Assembly: GCA_004212155.1 (NCBI GenBank)
Contig: RXIG01000018.1
Location: forward strand, 1-31,193
Direction of reading: 5' to 3'
Origin: an archaeon
Lineage (GTDB): Archaea; Methanobacteriota_B; Thermococci; Methanofastidiosales; NM3
DNA length: 31,193 nucleotides
The notes beneath the pieces are model-generated. The model saw nothing but the letters and a program-made list of their open reading frames with translations, was not told where the DNA came from and made no database searches. Made by a program: the position numbers and the translations under genes. Positions 1 to 9,900 of the stretch are shown here, piece after piece (the stretch's first letter is position 1; each line of letters begins with the position of its first letter).

Positions 1-1164
1 CCAATCGATGACCCCCCCAACGCTTGCGTGGTAGAGGTACCCATCGGCCAGATAGAAATAGTACTCCATGGGCGTCCCGCCGGCGGCCCATGACGCACCG
101 CCCGTGATGGAGCCGCTCTTGGGACTTACCACGGCATTGACCGTGGTATCGTCGATATACTCGGTCATCGTGCCGCCGGTGTTGACGAGATGGAGGTCGA
201 ACGACTTCATGACGCTTGTCGGCGACGAGACGCTCGTGCTCTTCACGAGGGCTCCTGTCTCGAGATTCAACACGTACATCCTCGAGTTGGTGCAGACCAC
301 TGCCGTGCTTTCCCCCGCCGACTGGCTGTAGCCCAACACCGGCGTGGTCACGGCATGTGATGGAAGGGAGTATGTCCATATGGGCGATCCGGACGTGACA
401 TCGATGATCGCCACCTTATCGCCGGCGCAGTAGAGTTTGTTGTCAAAAAATATTGGGTCGACGGTCGGACATGATATGTCCCCGTAATGCCAGATGATCG
501 TGCCATCGGATGCATCGAGGCAGAAGACGCCTTCCGTCGTGTTCACATAGGCCCTGTTGTTGAAGACGACTGGCGTGTGGTAGTTGTCTCCCCCGACAGA
601 CTGCTGCCAGCGCACGACGCCGGTGTCCCTGTCGATGCACGAGAATATGCCCGTGTCGGCATAGATGTAGACATACCCATGCGCCACGGCAGGCTCTGAG
701 AGAGCACTGTCGGACCCGCCGAGGTCGTGGCTCCACAGGAGCGACGGCGCTGCATCGACATCGTTGGGCGTGGCGAAGGTGCGGTGGAACATGTATCCTG
801 ACATGATGTAGTCCTCCGTGGTGATCGGCTCAAGCGGCGGAGGTGATGTGGGTGCAGGAGTGGTAGGTGACGCTGTCGTTGGAGGGGCAGTTTGTGAAGG
901 TGACGCAGTTGGAGCTGCGGTCGTAGGGGGCGGTGTCGTGGCCTGGACAGGACATCCGTCGTTCTCAACAGGCCCGAACAGGAAAGGGCACTTATCATAC
1001 TTGTCAACGATCGTGTCACCGTCCGAGTCCTTTACCTCCGCCCCGTAGGAAACGGAGAGTGACCCGCCGGTAAACGATATGGCAAGGAGACCCTCGTTAT
1101 ATTGGTAAAACAAAAAAGCAGCTATTACGATTAATATCAATAAGAAAAACCATTTCTTACCCAT
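1..1164 (-). CDS. Membrane-anchored PQQ-like (BamB-type) beta-propeller protein, 3' end outside the window
   Basis: Missing from the ORF track because it has no stop in the window. Manual translation from ATG 1164 gives MGKKWFFLLILIVIAAFLFYQY (signal/TM), then DSDGDTIVDKYDKCP..GPVENDGCP, a Pro/Thr linker, and repeated blades (LLWSHDL, CIDRDTGVVRWQ, CLDASDGTIIWHY, IIDVTSGSPIWTY). The frame is open to base 1. Confidence 0.85.
   Translation of the reverse strand, partial: MGKKWFFLLILIVIAAFLFYQYNEGLLAISFTGGSLSVSYGAEVKDSDGDTIVDKYDKCPFLFGPVENDGCPVQATTPPPTTAAPTASPSQTAPPTTASPTTPAPTSPPPLEPITTEDYIMSGYMFHRTFATPNDVDAAPSLLWSHDLGGSDSALSEPAVAHGYVYIYADTGIFSCIDRDTGVVRWQQSVGGDNYHTPVVFNNRAYVNTTEGVFCLDASDGTIIWHYGDISCPTVDPIFFDNKLYCAGDKVAIIDVTSGSPIWTYSLPSHAVTTPVLGYSQSAGESTAVVCTNSRMYVLNLETGALVKSTSVSSPTSVMKSFDLHLVNTGGTMTEYIDDTTVNAVVSPKSGSITGGASWAAGGTPMEYYFYLADGYLYHASVGGVIDW
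835..942 (-). repeat. Pro/Thr-rich low-complexity linker
   Basis: Translates ATTPPPTTAAPTASPSQTAPPTTASPTTPAPTSPPP. Confidence 0.8.
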
Positions 1165-1338
1165 AATGATAAAGTGAAGGAATCATATATATTGTTTTCC
1201 TTTATCTTGGCCTATGCGAGAATCCTTGTAGTATCAAGCAATGATGCTTTTTTCTTTATTTTTGTAGGTACAATGATGCCCATTCAGTGACATATTAACA
1301 GATATGTTTTTATTTTTGGTCTCAGAAGGGAGGATTCC

Positions 1339-2753
1339 ATGAACAATAAAGCGATACTTCTACTATGCATGCTGCTTTTTACCTCGCTCATCACAGGATG
1401 TATCTCGTCCGATTCTGACACCGATACCACCCCGGCACCGACCACCTCAGCTCCAACGACGACGGCGCCTCCGGAAACGACGCAGGCCCCCACCACCACT
1501 CAGGCCCCGACGACAACAAGCCCTCCTACGACCTCGCCACCGGCGTTTCAGGGGATGGATCACGCCTGGCCCATGGCCAGACACGGTCCCTCCTCCGATG
1601 CCCAGACGGGTATGGACCTTCCCGCATCTCCATCGCTCGCGTGGTCGAACACCCTGCTTGCCGATACGCCTGTCGTGGAGTATGGCAACGTCTACGCGTT
1701 CGTGCGGGTCCTGGGCGACGAGCGCATATTCTCGCTGAGCTGTTTCGACCTCGAAGACGGTTCGCTCGTCTGGAGCACGCCCATAACGGGACGTCACAGA
1801 ACATGTCGTTTTACAGTGCCCCGGCCGTGGGCGACGGCAAGGTGCTCATCGTACGCGAGGGCACCGAAGCGGTCCACCTTACCGCTTACGATGCCATGAC
1901 GGGAGAAGGCGTCTGGAACTACGAGCTTTCCCCTACCTACAAGCACTATTTATCCCCCGTCATCGTCGATGACGCCGTTTATATGGCGCAAGGACCGTTT
2001 GAGAGAGATGGCGAGGTCGTGACGCACTGTACCGTCATACGCCTCGACCTCGCAACGGGGGAGGAAGTATGGACCCGGACGCTCGATGAGCCTGCGGCGT
2101 CCCATGCAGCGTATGCAAACGATATGCTCTTCGTGACAAGGATACACATGTATGATGGCAGGACCTACATCTCGGCGCTTGATGCCGATACGGGTAATGT
2201 GGTATGGTCGGAAAACATCGCCAGCGAGGCCTACGACATGTCGTGCCCGGTGATCATCGACGGCAACGTCTACGTCGCCGTTGGCGCCAACAACGCAGAG
2301 TACAGCTATATCACGCGCATCATCTGCTACGACGCCGAGACGGGCGACCATATCTGGGCCACGACCCAGGACGATAGCTACCACGTAGGATGGCATGTGT
2401 TTGCTGCCGGGGGAGACTTCATGATCCCCACCGTCATGAGCGAGGAGACGACGTTTACGGCCTACGATGCAGCGACAGGCGATGTCACGTGGAGCCATAC
2501 GTTTGGCGATGTCATCGAAGGGACCTCGAGCACCGATGATACGATAGTCTGCACGTGGACGTCGAATCCGTTCGCGGGTACCGAGGACTACGACATGCAC
2601 ATCGGGCTCTTCGACATCGCGACACGGCGGTTCGTGGAGACGTATACCGAGAGCATGCCAGGCTCGGACTACTGGGTCAGCTCATGGATGCCCGCGCTTG
2701 CCGGCGACTCGATCGTCGTCTGTCTCGGTGCTAAGCTCATGTGCTACAACTAG
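1339..2753 (+). pseudogene. Lipoprotein PQQ-like beta-propeller split by a 1-nt frameshift near 1788-1791 (pseudogene or assembly error)
   Basis: ORF 1339..1899 gives a lipobox signal (LITG-C), a Pro/Thr linker and the first blade (CFDLEDGSLVWST). ORF 1641..2753 continues the blades (AYDAMTGEGVWNY, LDLATGEEVWT, ALDADTGNVVWS, CYDAETGDHIWA). One extra G in GGG 1788-1790 fuses them into about 471 aa. SD GGAGG lies upstream. Confidence 0.85.
1426..1545 (+). repeat. Pro/Thr-rich tandem linker (about 6-aa units such as TTTQAP)
   Basis: TTPAPTTSAPTTTAPPETTQAPTTTQAPTTTSPPTTSPPA. Confidence 0.85.
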
Positions 2754-2779
2754 GGGATATACCCCTTTTTCTTTTCTTT
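2752..2779 (+). terminator. Hairpin plus T-tract terminator
   Basis: AGGGG-ATATA-CCCCT followed by TTTTCTTTTCTTT, directly at the stop codon and between convergent genes. Confidence 0.7.
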
Positions 2780-2801
2780 CAATTACCACCGGTTTTTCCT
2801 A

Positions 2802-3518
2802 TCATTCCGATAGTACGCTAAGCATGTCGAGCGGCACATAGAATCGTTGATACTGTCCCTTGCACGATGCATCCGGCACCACCGTCGCACGCTTCGTGAT
2901 CCGTGTGATCGTGCCGGTGAACATGGCCCCCCGATGTTCGAATCTGACGCGTGTTCCGACCGAGAGGTCGCGGGTCCCACCGTTCCGACCATCGGTCCGT
3001 AGCGTGTGCTTTGTATCGGTGTGGCCAAATATGGCTCGAGCGAGCGTCTTGAACCGACGCTTGCCACATGACGAACGACCGTAGAGCTCGAACTCGAGGA
3101 TATGCACGAGCTCGTGCTCCATGATGCACATCATGGCCTCGATGCTGGATGTGACACGTATGCCATTGACGAGATAGTGGTGTCCTTTCTCGATGAAGGG
3201 ACGCATGATAAGCGAACGCGACAGCACCAACTCGTAGGTCTTCTTACGTCTGTCGTACTTGACGCGCCCCCCCGTCCTCGTCATCCTGGTTGAGAAGCGA
3301 TATGTTATCCGTCCCGCTATGCGTTGATATACATGGCCGTCGAAAAAGAACTCGTCATAGAGGTGAAGCATTTTCTCGATGTCAGCTTCATCGAGGTCCA
3401 CTGACGTGGGCGTGGTACACTGAGAGTGACCCGCTTCCATGCGTCTTCGTATGATTTCACGCCGCGTCTCTATGGTAGGAGCGTCGTTGCATCGTGATGC
3501 GCATTCTGCAAGGGACAT
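2802..3518 (-). CDS. SprT-like zinc metalloprotease family protein with a C-terminal SH3/KOW-like domain
   Basis: HELVH zincin motif, RMTRTGG, and LYDEFFFDG. The start is placed at ATG 3518 (MSLAE) behind SD GGTGA, not at 3620. Confidence 0.8.
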   Translation of the reverse strand: MSLAECASRCNDAPTIETRREIIRRRMEAGHSQCTTPTSVDLDEADIEKMLHLYDEFFFDGHVYQRIAGRITYRFSTRMTRTGGRVKYDRRKKTYELVLSRSLIMRPFIEKGHHYLVNGIRVTSSIEAMMCIMEHELVHILEFELYGRSSCGKRRFKTLARAIFGHTDTKHTLRTDGRNGGTRDLSVGTRVRFEHRGAMFTGTITRITKRATVVPDASCKGQYQRFYVPLDMLSVLSE

Positions 3519-3574
3519 GGTATCACCATTCTGGGAAAATGCAGATAAAATGATTTGCATGCAGATGACGATAT

Positions 3575-3584
3575 GTTTATAAAC
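3575..3584. promoter_or_regulatory. Archaeal TATA box (palindromic GTTTATAAAC)
   Basis: TTTATAAA ends about 22 nt before ATG 3605, in a divergent intergenic region. Confidence 0.55.
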
Positions 3585-3604
3585 GACGGATGAGACCGTG
3601 ACCG

Positions 3605-4963
3605 ATGGATACCATGTCACAGAACGTTGTCGTCATCGGTGCGGGCATAAGCGGCCTGCTCTCGGCGCTCGCGCTCGCAAAGGAGGGACATCACGTGACG
3701 GTCGTCGAGCGAGAGAGCGAGGTGGGCGGCGTCTGCAGGAGCTATCGCGTGGGACCCTACAAGGTCGATACGGGTCCGCATATCATCACGCGACTGAACG
3801 GCGGGCCGTTGCGCAGACTTATCGACGACTACTTCGACACCGTGCCCGTCTTCGTGCCCCATGGCGAGTACTATGTGCGCTCAAGCGACAAGATGCGCCC
3901 GTTCCCCTGGACGCTCAAGAAGTTCGCCCTCTTCGATCCCATCCCCAAGTCCGACCGCATCGAGCTCATCCAGACCATCACCTCGGTCTTTTCCCAGCGC
4001 GCGCTGCGCATGCTCAATGATGACGTGTCGGTGCAAGACGTCATCCACAATGCCACGCTGAGTCCACAAACGCTAAGCTTCATCGATACCATGTGTAGAT
4101 TCATGACGGGAACAGGGATGGAACGTACCCCCCTCACGCGATTCTTCGACTCACAGGATTACAAGAACAAGAACAAGAAGGAGGTGCAAGACCCGCTCGA
4201 TTATCTCAACGGCATCAAGAACGCCATCACGAAGAAGGGCGCCCTGGACCAGTACTATCCGAAGGGGGGCGTGCAGACGCTCATCAACGCGATCATGTCC
4301 TCGATGCCCTACGACCTGGTCGAGATCCGAACGTCTCACGAGATGACGGGTATCGAGACGCGCGACGGCGCGGTCACGGGTGTCACGACAAAGAGTGGCA
4401 CGATACCCGCCGACATGGTGATCTACTCGCCGCTTGTCTCCGAGCTCCCCACGTATCTGGACGGCCTGCCCGGAGACTATGTGGATGAGCTGACGTCGCT
4501 CGAGACGGTCCGTGCCCTGACGTTGTGGCTTGGGCTCGACGAACCGTTCTTTGCCACCGACGGGAGCGAGATATGGATCGACAGCGACCCGCCGTGCTGG
4601 GTCGTGCCGACGACCAACTACGATGCGGCGCTTGCCCCCCGCGGCCATCAGCTCGTGGGCATTGCGACGAATCTGCGCCCTGATATGGACATCGAAACAG
4701 TAAAGCGCGACCTCCTTGCAGCGATTAAGGATCGGTTGCCAGGCATCGAGGACCATATAATGATGGAGCACTGGCAGGTGCTCGTGCCCGAGAAGGCTGC
4801 CTGGGTCGTCGGCAGGAGGATGCCTGCATGCGAGACGCCGGTAGGGGGCCTCTACCTCGTCGGGACCGACACGATGTGCAAGTCCATGGGTGTGACACGT
4901 GCGTCGTACTCGGTGCTAGAACTGCTCGATACACTCAAGAGGAAGGGCATCATCTCGTCGTAA
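3605..4963 (+). CDS. NAD(P)/FAD-dependent oxidoreductase, phytoene desaturase-like superfamily
   Basis: VVVIGAGISGL...E...GG...DTGPH FAD-binding N-terminus, YYPKGG, and C-terminal TPVGGLYLVG. The start could be 3614. Substrate unknown. Confidence 0.85.
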   Translation: MDTMSQNVVVIGAGISGLLSALALAKEGHHVTVVERESEVGGVCRSYRVGPYKVDTGPHIITRLNGGPLRRLIDDYFDTVPVFVPHGEYYVRSSDKMRPFPWTLKKFALFDPIPKSDRIELIQTITSVFSQRALRMLNDDVSVQDVIHNATLSPQTLSFIDTMCRFMTGTGMERTPLTRFFDSQDYKNKNKKEVQDPLDYLNGIKNAITKKGALDQYYPKGGVQTLINAIMSSMPYDLVEIRTSHEMTGIETRDGAVTGVTTKSGTIPADMVIYSPLVSELPTYLDGLPGDYVDELTSLETVRALTLWLGLDEPFFATDGSEIWIDSDPPCWVVPTTNYDAALAPRGHQLVGIATNLRPDMDIETVKRDLLAAIKDRLPGIEDHIMMEHWQVLVPEKAAWVVGRRMPACETPVGGLYLVGTDTMCKSMGVTRASYSVLELLDTLKRKGIISS

Positions 4964-5413
4964 CTACTTCTTTTCATCCTTGATCAGGCGCTTGCCCAGC
5001 ACTGTGACATCATCACGTGCGTATCCCCTGTTGGCATAATACGTGATCACATCCTCGTTCGATGTCCGTACCATGAGATTGATCTTGGCACACCCTCGCT
5101 CGAACAATTCCCGTTCGGCACACTCCATGAGCCGTGATGCGATGCCCTGCTGCTGGAACGCGGGCAGCACGGCAAGATAGTATATCCAACCACGATGGCC
5201 GTCATAGCCCGCCATGCACGTGCCGACGAGTCGCGATCCAACGGCAGCCACAAAAAAGAGTGACGGGTCCTCTGCCATCTTTCCTCCTATGTCGCGGCGT
5301 GGGTCATTTTGCGGCACTGTGAGCCCGCACGTTTTCCACACGTGGACGACGTCGTCCGTGTCGTTATGTTGAAAAGTGCGAAAGCATGTCGCTTCGTTCA
5401 TGGGCTCACTCAT
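4964..5413 (-). CDS. GNAT acetyltransferase, YpeA-like
   Basis: VGTCMAGYDGHRGWIYYLAV..FQQQGIA and KINLMVRTSN. ATGA overlap with the upstream gene. Confidence 0.88.
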   Translation of the reverse strand: MSEPMNEATCFRTFQHNDTDDVVHVWKTCGLTVPQNDPRRDIGGKMAEDPSLFFVAAVGSRLVGTCMAGYDGHRGWIYYLAVLPAFQQQGIASRLMECAERELFERGCAKINLMVRTSNEDVITYYANRGYARDDVTVLGKRLIKDEKK

Positions 5414-5784
5414 TTGTTCATGAATGGTGTAGTGACAAGCTCATCGTGGTTCGGTGACCGGCCAAGGCGTTCAAGTATCGCATCGCGTGCAGTAAGGCGA
5501 GCAACAAAGAACCGTGCAGGCGCACAACACATCAGGATATCCCGGAAGTCGGCAAGCTCTGTATCGACAAGGCGCATGAGCGCATCCTCGATGGCACCGA
5601 CATCCGAAAAGGAATATGGCTCCATCTTCATGAGGCGTGCTATCTCCCCTAGCGTCACCGATTCCTCGCTCTTGTAGACAAGCATCTCGAGCACTATGAG
5701 CTCAAGTGTGTCATCATCGATGGAATCAGCATCGATACCGGGCCATGGCGGTGGTCGGATTGGTTTGCGCGTTTCAAGTGCCAT
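5410..5784 (-). CDS. Hypothetical 124-aa protein, possible winged-helix fold
   Basis: Likely true start ATG 5784 (MALETRK), because the longer ORF is antisense to the flavoprotein gene. Pattern IVLEMLV..ESVTLGEIARLM...IEDALMRLVDTEL. A TATA box lies about 23 nt upstream. Confidence 0.65.
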   Translation of the reverse strand: MALETRKPIRPPPWPGIDADSIDDDTLELIVLEMLVYKSEESVTLGEIARLMKMEPYSFSDVGAIEDALMRLVDTELADFRDILMCCAPARFFVARLTARDAILERLGRSPNHDELVTTPFMNK

Positions 5785-5806
5785 TGGAATTGATACGAAA
5801 CGGTAC

Positions 5807-5815
5807 TTTATATAA
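5807..5815. promoter_or_regulatory. Probable bidirectional TATA box
   Basis: TTTATATAA between divergent starts 5784(-) and 5854(+). Confidence 0.5.
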
Positions 5816-5853
5816 TATGTCCTCCGAGATAGGTCGTAGACAAAGGTGATATT

Positions 5854-6438
5854 ATGAAGGTAGTAGCGTTCAACACGAGCCCGCACGAGCATGGCAACAC
5901 GTACCATCTCCTGAAGCGGGTGCTCTCCGTCCTCGAGGATGAGGGCATCGAGACCGAGCTCGTCTTCATCGGCGGCGAGGCCATAAGCGGCTGCACCGCC
6001 TGCCTGGAATGCAGGAAGAACAAGGACGGGCACTGCGCCATCGATACCGACTGCATCAACGACTGCATCGACAAGATGGTGGCAGCTGACGGCATCATCA
6101 TCGGCACGCCGACGCACTTTGCCGACCTCACGCCAGCCGCCAAGGCGCTCGTCGACCGGAGCGGATACGTCACGCTCGGCAACGGCGGCCTTCTCGCACG
6201 AAAGGTGGGTGCGGCTGTCGTCGCGGTCAGACGGGCCGGCGCCATCCATGCGTACGACTCGATCAATCACCTCTTTGGCATATGCAACATGATGACCGTT
6301 GGCGCCTCGTACTGGAATCTCGGGATCGGTTTGAAAAGCAACGATGTCGAGTCGGACGACGAGGGCATGCGCACCATGGACAATCTTGGGCGCAACATGG
6401 CATGGCTCCTCAAGGTCATCAACACATACGAGGGATAA
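5854..6438 (+). CDS. Iron-sulfur flavoprotein / multimeric flavodoxin (Isf/WrbA-like)
   Basis: MKVVAFNTSP..GNT, CTACLEC...HC cysteine cluster, ADGIIIGTP, and KVGAAVVAVRRAG. SD AGGTGA. Confidence 0.9.
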   Translation: MKVVAFNTSPHEHGNTYHLLKRVLSVLEDEGIETELVFIGGEAISGCTACLECRKNKDGHCAIDTDCINDCIDKMVAADGIIIGTPTHFADLTPAAKALVDRSGYVTLGNGGLLARKVGAAVVAVRRAGAIHAYDSINHLFGICNMMTVGASYWNLGIGLKSNDVESDDEGMRTMDNLGRNMAWLLKVINTYEG

Positions 6439-6440
6439 GA

Positions 6441-6881
6441 TCACAGGCGGCACGCCATGAAGACGAGCGTCTCATCACTTTCGAATCCGTGCCGCTGGTA
6501 GAATCGCTCGGCAGGCGTGGCACGTTTCGTGAGAAGCGTTATCGTCGACACGTCCTCGGCAGTTAGCTCTCGTTTCACATGGTCGAGCAGTGCCGAGCCT
6601 AGTCCCTCACCCTGGCGGGTTGGCGACACGAAGAATTCCACGATGAAACATTCGGTGCCCTCCCACCAGGAACGCAGGTGGCCAAGTGATGCGCCTATGA
6701 CCTCGTTACCGTCGCACACCACATGGCCTCGAAAGGTGGGGATGGCAATAGTCTCCGAGAGATACGTACGCACATGTTCGCGCGATGGCCATTTTTCGTT
6801 CCACGGCTCGGCCGAGAACGCTTCAAGGAACACATCGACCACTGCCTCGAGGTCGTCCTCATCATACTGTCTGTAGTCCAT
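6441..6881 (-). CDS. GNAT acetyltransferase
   Basis: AFSAEPWNEKW, EFFVSPTRQGEGLGS acetyl-CoA motif, and FYQRHGF. Confidence 0.88.
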   Translation of the reverse strand: MDYRQYDEDDLEAVVDVFLEAFSAEPWNEKWPSREHVRTYLSETIAIPTFRGHVVCDGNEVIGASLGHLRSWWEGTECFIVEFFVSPTRQGEGLGSALLDHVKRELTAEDVSTITLLTKRATPAERFYQRHGFESDETLVFMACRL

Positions 6882-6923
6882 ACGATAACGGCGTCATTCG
6901 ACTATATTAACCATTCTTTCACG

Positions 6924-9900
6924 TCACGGACATGTCACGCCGAGGATGACAGCGACGTCCTGGGTGCTCCCGTATGATATGGTGAGATGGTCGTACGCAC
7001 TAAGCATGTCCTCGAGGCTCGTCACATGCACCATGTGCTCGCTTACCGTCGCAAGGTGTGAGATCGCCTCGTCGTCCCAGTAGGTGCCCATCGACTGCCG
7101 TATGCAGGCATAAAATGAGTTGATGTCGTCGAGCCGCTCGAGGAGCAGCGTCGAGACGAGCGTTGCAGAGATCGAAAGCTGTGGCGAATCGGCCTGCCCA
7201 GAGCTCACATCGGCTAGCGTTATCGCGTCCTGACCGGCCACTATGCAACTGAATGTCGCACTGCCTTGTGTCATGCCACGGTAGAGGTACGTCATGGTCG
7301 CACTGGAGCCTGCCGCGACATCGACTGACGCGGGCGTCGGCCCCTGGTGCTTTGTGATGTGTTCTGCCCCATCGACATCCCAGGTGGTAACGGATACTCC
7401 TGTAGCGGCGGTCTGACCCGTATTGGTCACCGTGACGACGACTGAGGCCGTCTCACCAGTGGATATGGATGTGTCGTCAAGGCTCACCTCCACCTCGAGA
7501 TGGGCGGGCGTTGGAACAGCTAGCGACGCTGTCGACGTGTTCGACGTCACCGGCCCGCCGGTGGAGCTGCCGGTCGCATGGCCTGAAAACGAGAGCGATC
7601 CGCCGTGCGGCCCCGGGTCGAGCTGAAGCGACCAGACAAACGCCGTGCTGCCCGACCCGGGGAGTGACGCAGGCACGTTGGACGGGCCTGCGGTCATCGT
7701 GAAGTCGGCCGTACCGGTCAACGTATAGGTGACGTGGGGCTGTACCGATGTGATCGTCGTCGTGCCGCCGTTTACCACATGGAGCGTTACTGTGCACGTG
7801 GTGCCGGTGCGTACGGCTGAAAGCGTCGATATGAGCCGTGCGAGGGGATTGACCATTACCGCCGACGTGGAACATGTCGTTGAGAGCGATGCCGATGTGG
7901 CGCTATCGACACCTTTGACGGTGGCATTGAAGCTTACCGAGCCGCCGGACGCGCCACAGCCGAGCTGCACCGTCCATGTGAACTGGGTCGACTGGCCCGG
8001 AAGCAGATTGGCAACAAACGGCGTCCCCGATATCACCGAGGCGGTGGCAGAGCCGCCCGTCACGAACGAGAGGGGTTGTGGCGTGACGCCCGTTGCCAGT
8101 GACCCGCCCGTGTTCACCACGTTGAGGCGCACCTGCACCTGCTGGCCGGACGTTACCGAGGGGACCGAGACCTGCATGGAACATGCAAGCGATGCGGGGG
8201 CCGCGGGTCCCCCGAGCGTGAGCGACGGGTCGCCATAGAGATTGAAGTCCATGATGTTTTGCCAGCCAAACGCCTTCCAGCCGTAGAGGTCGGTGAGGGC
8301 ATGCTTTGCCTCGTAGAGCGCCTCGCCTGCCGAGACGCCCATCGAGATGAGCCTGTCGACATACTCATGGCCGATGTCGGTGTTGGTGCGCGCCCCCTTC
8401 ATCGTCCACATGCCAGGCGCATAGTAGCTGATGCGCGATGCGCTCACCGTTGTCATCGCGCCGTTGAAGAGGGCCACGTAACCGATATTGTTTGCTACCT
8501 CGGGCGTGCCGTTGTTGCACGCGCACATGAAGACGAACGTGTCAGTGGACATCTGCATCGATGAGAAGTCGGCCGATGTGATGAACGCGGGATAGAGTAT
8601 CTCGTTGTGCTCGGGGATGCCGTCGCCGTCGTCGCTGTTCCATATCTTTCGCACGGCCCCCTGTGCGTAGCCATGACCCCACCAGAACACGACGCCATAG
8701 TCGTTGACCCACTGGCCGATGACATTTGCGCGCGTGAGCGGACCGTCATATTCATAGGCACTCGTGGGGACCGCAGAGAGGCCGCCTGTCTCGTACATGA
8801 CGAAGTTGGAAAATCCGTTGGGATTGGCAACCGTAGTGATCGCCTCGCGGGGCATGTCAAGCCCGTCGGTACGCGCACCGAACGTCGAGAGGTCCGAGCG
8901 CACCTCGCCGCCGAAGTTGGAGATGGCCGCGGGGATCATGATGCTGCTGTTCGCCCCGTTGTAGTTCATCGCACGCTGCAGCAGCGCGTTGAGCTCGGTG
9001 ATGGAGTTCATATAGACGGGAAGGCGGCCCACATAGAGTTCGGGCCCGAAGTCGACACCAACCGTCGTCTCGGTGCCGTCGGGGCCGAACTCGCCGAAGT
9101 ACCCGTCCCCGTCGACGTCCCACGAACCGGTGAGGTCGGCGTAGAAGTGGTCGGTGGGGATGCCCGCGGCGGACGTGCCCTGGGGCCAGCACATGAGCAT
9201 GGGCACGTCACCGAATGCGTCTCCAGTCGAGGGGTCATCAGGGTCGGGATTGCCAATGAGCAGCACGTAACGCAGCTGCTTGGGATGCTGATTGGCAATG
9301 AGCCAACTACGGATATTGATCGCTCGTTGCTGGCCACCAGCATATCCGTAGTCATCCTCAGTTATGACATAGACCGTAAAGCCCCTCGACTGGAGCCAGT
9401 TACGAAAGAGCGGAAGGACGGACGACGAGTTCTTGACGTAGTTCGTCGTGACGATGACGTATCCCTTGTATGACGAGGGCGGCGGCGCTCCCTTCACCTG
9501 GTAGACCATCGACTGCCAGCGCACCTCCACGGAAACGGAGAGGTGAAGCGTGAGGGAACGTTCGATGGGGTGGTAGCTCATGGCGGTAAAGACAAGGTGT
9601 ACCTCGGTGGTCTCACCCGATGTCGTGACGCGAGCGATGCGCACCGGTTCCTCTGGATAGCTGTATGGGGCGCCATAGACCGACGGGTCCTTGCCGTCGA
9701 TGAATCCCATCTCCACCGATTCCTCAACGGTCGTCGGCTGGGGAGCGGGACCGATCGAGAACGGGCCGCCGATGGGTACCGAGACGATGTCAGTGAAATG
9801 CAGGGAGACGTTTTGCGGGGAGACGATCCCAGGGAGCTCGACCACCCTCGTCTGTGTAGGAAGCAGGGGCGTGCCCATCTGTCCCGCAGTGAAAAATCCC

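Noticed and set aside
543-1019. 158-aa minus-strand ORF
   Set aside because: Alternative frame of the real propeller gene 1..1164.
3605-4963. Calling the FAD enzyme a carotenoid desaturase (crtI)
   Set aside because: Only superfamily-level motifs are visible and no carotenoid genes lie nearby.
4964-5784. HTH plus GNAT pair as a toxin-antitoxin module
   Set aside because: The GNAT looks YpeA-like rather than like tRNA-acetylating toxins, and the partner is not an RHH/DUF1778 antitoxin.
5785-6453. N-terminal 223 aa of ORF 5410..6453
   Set aside because: Antisense shadow of the flavoprotein gene. The real gene probably starts at 5784.
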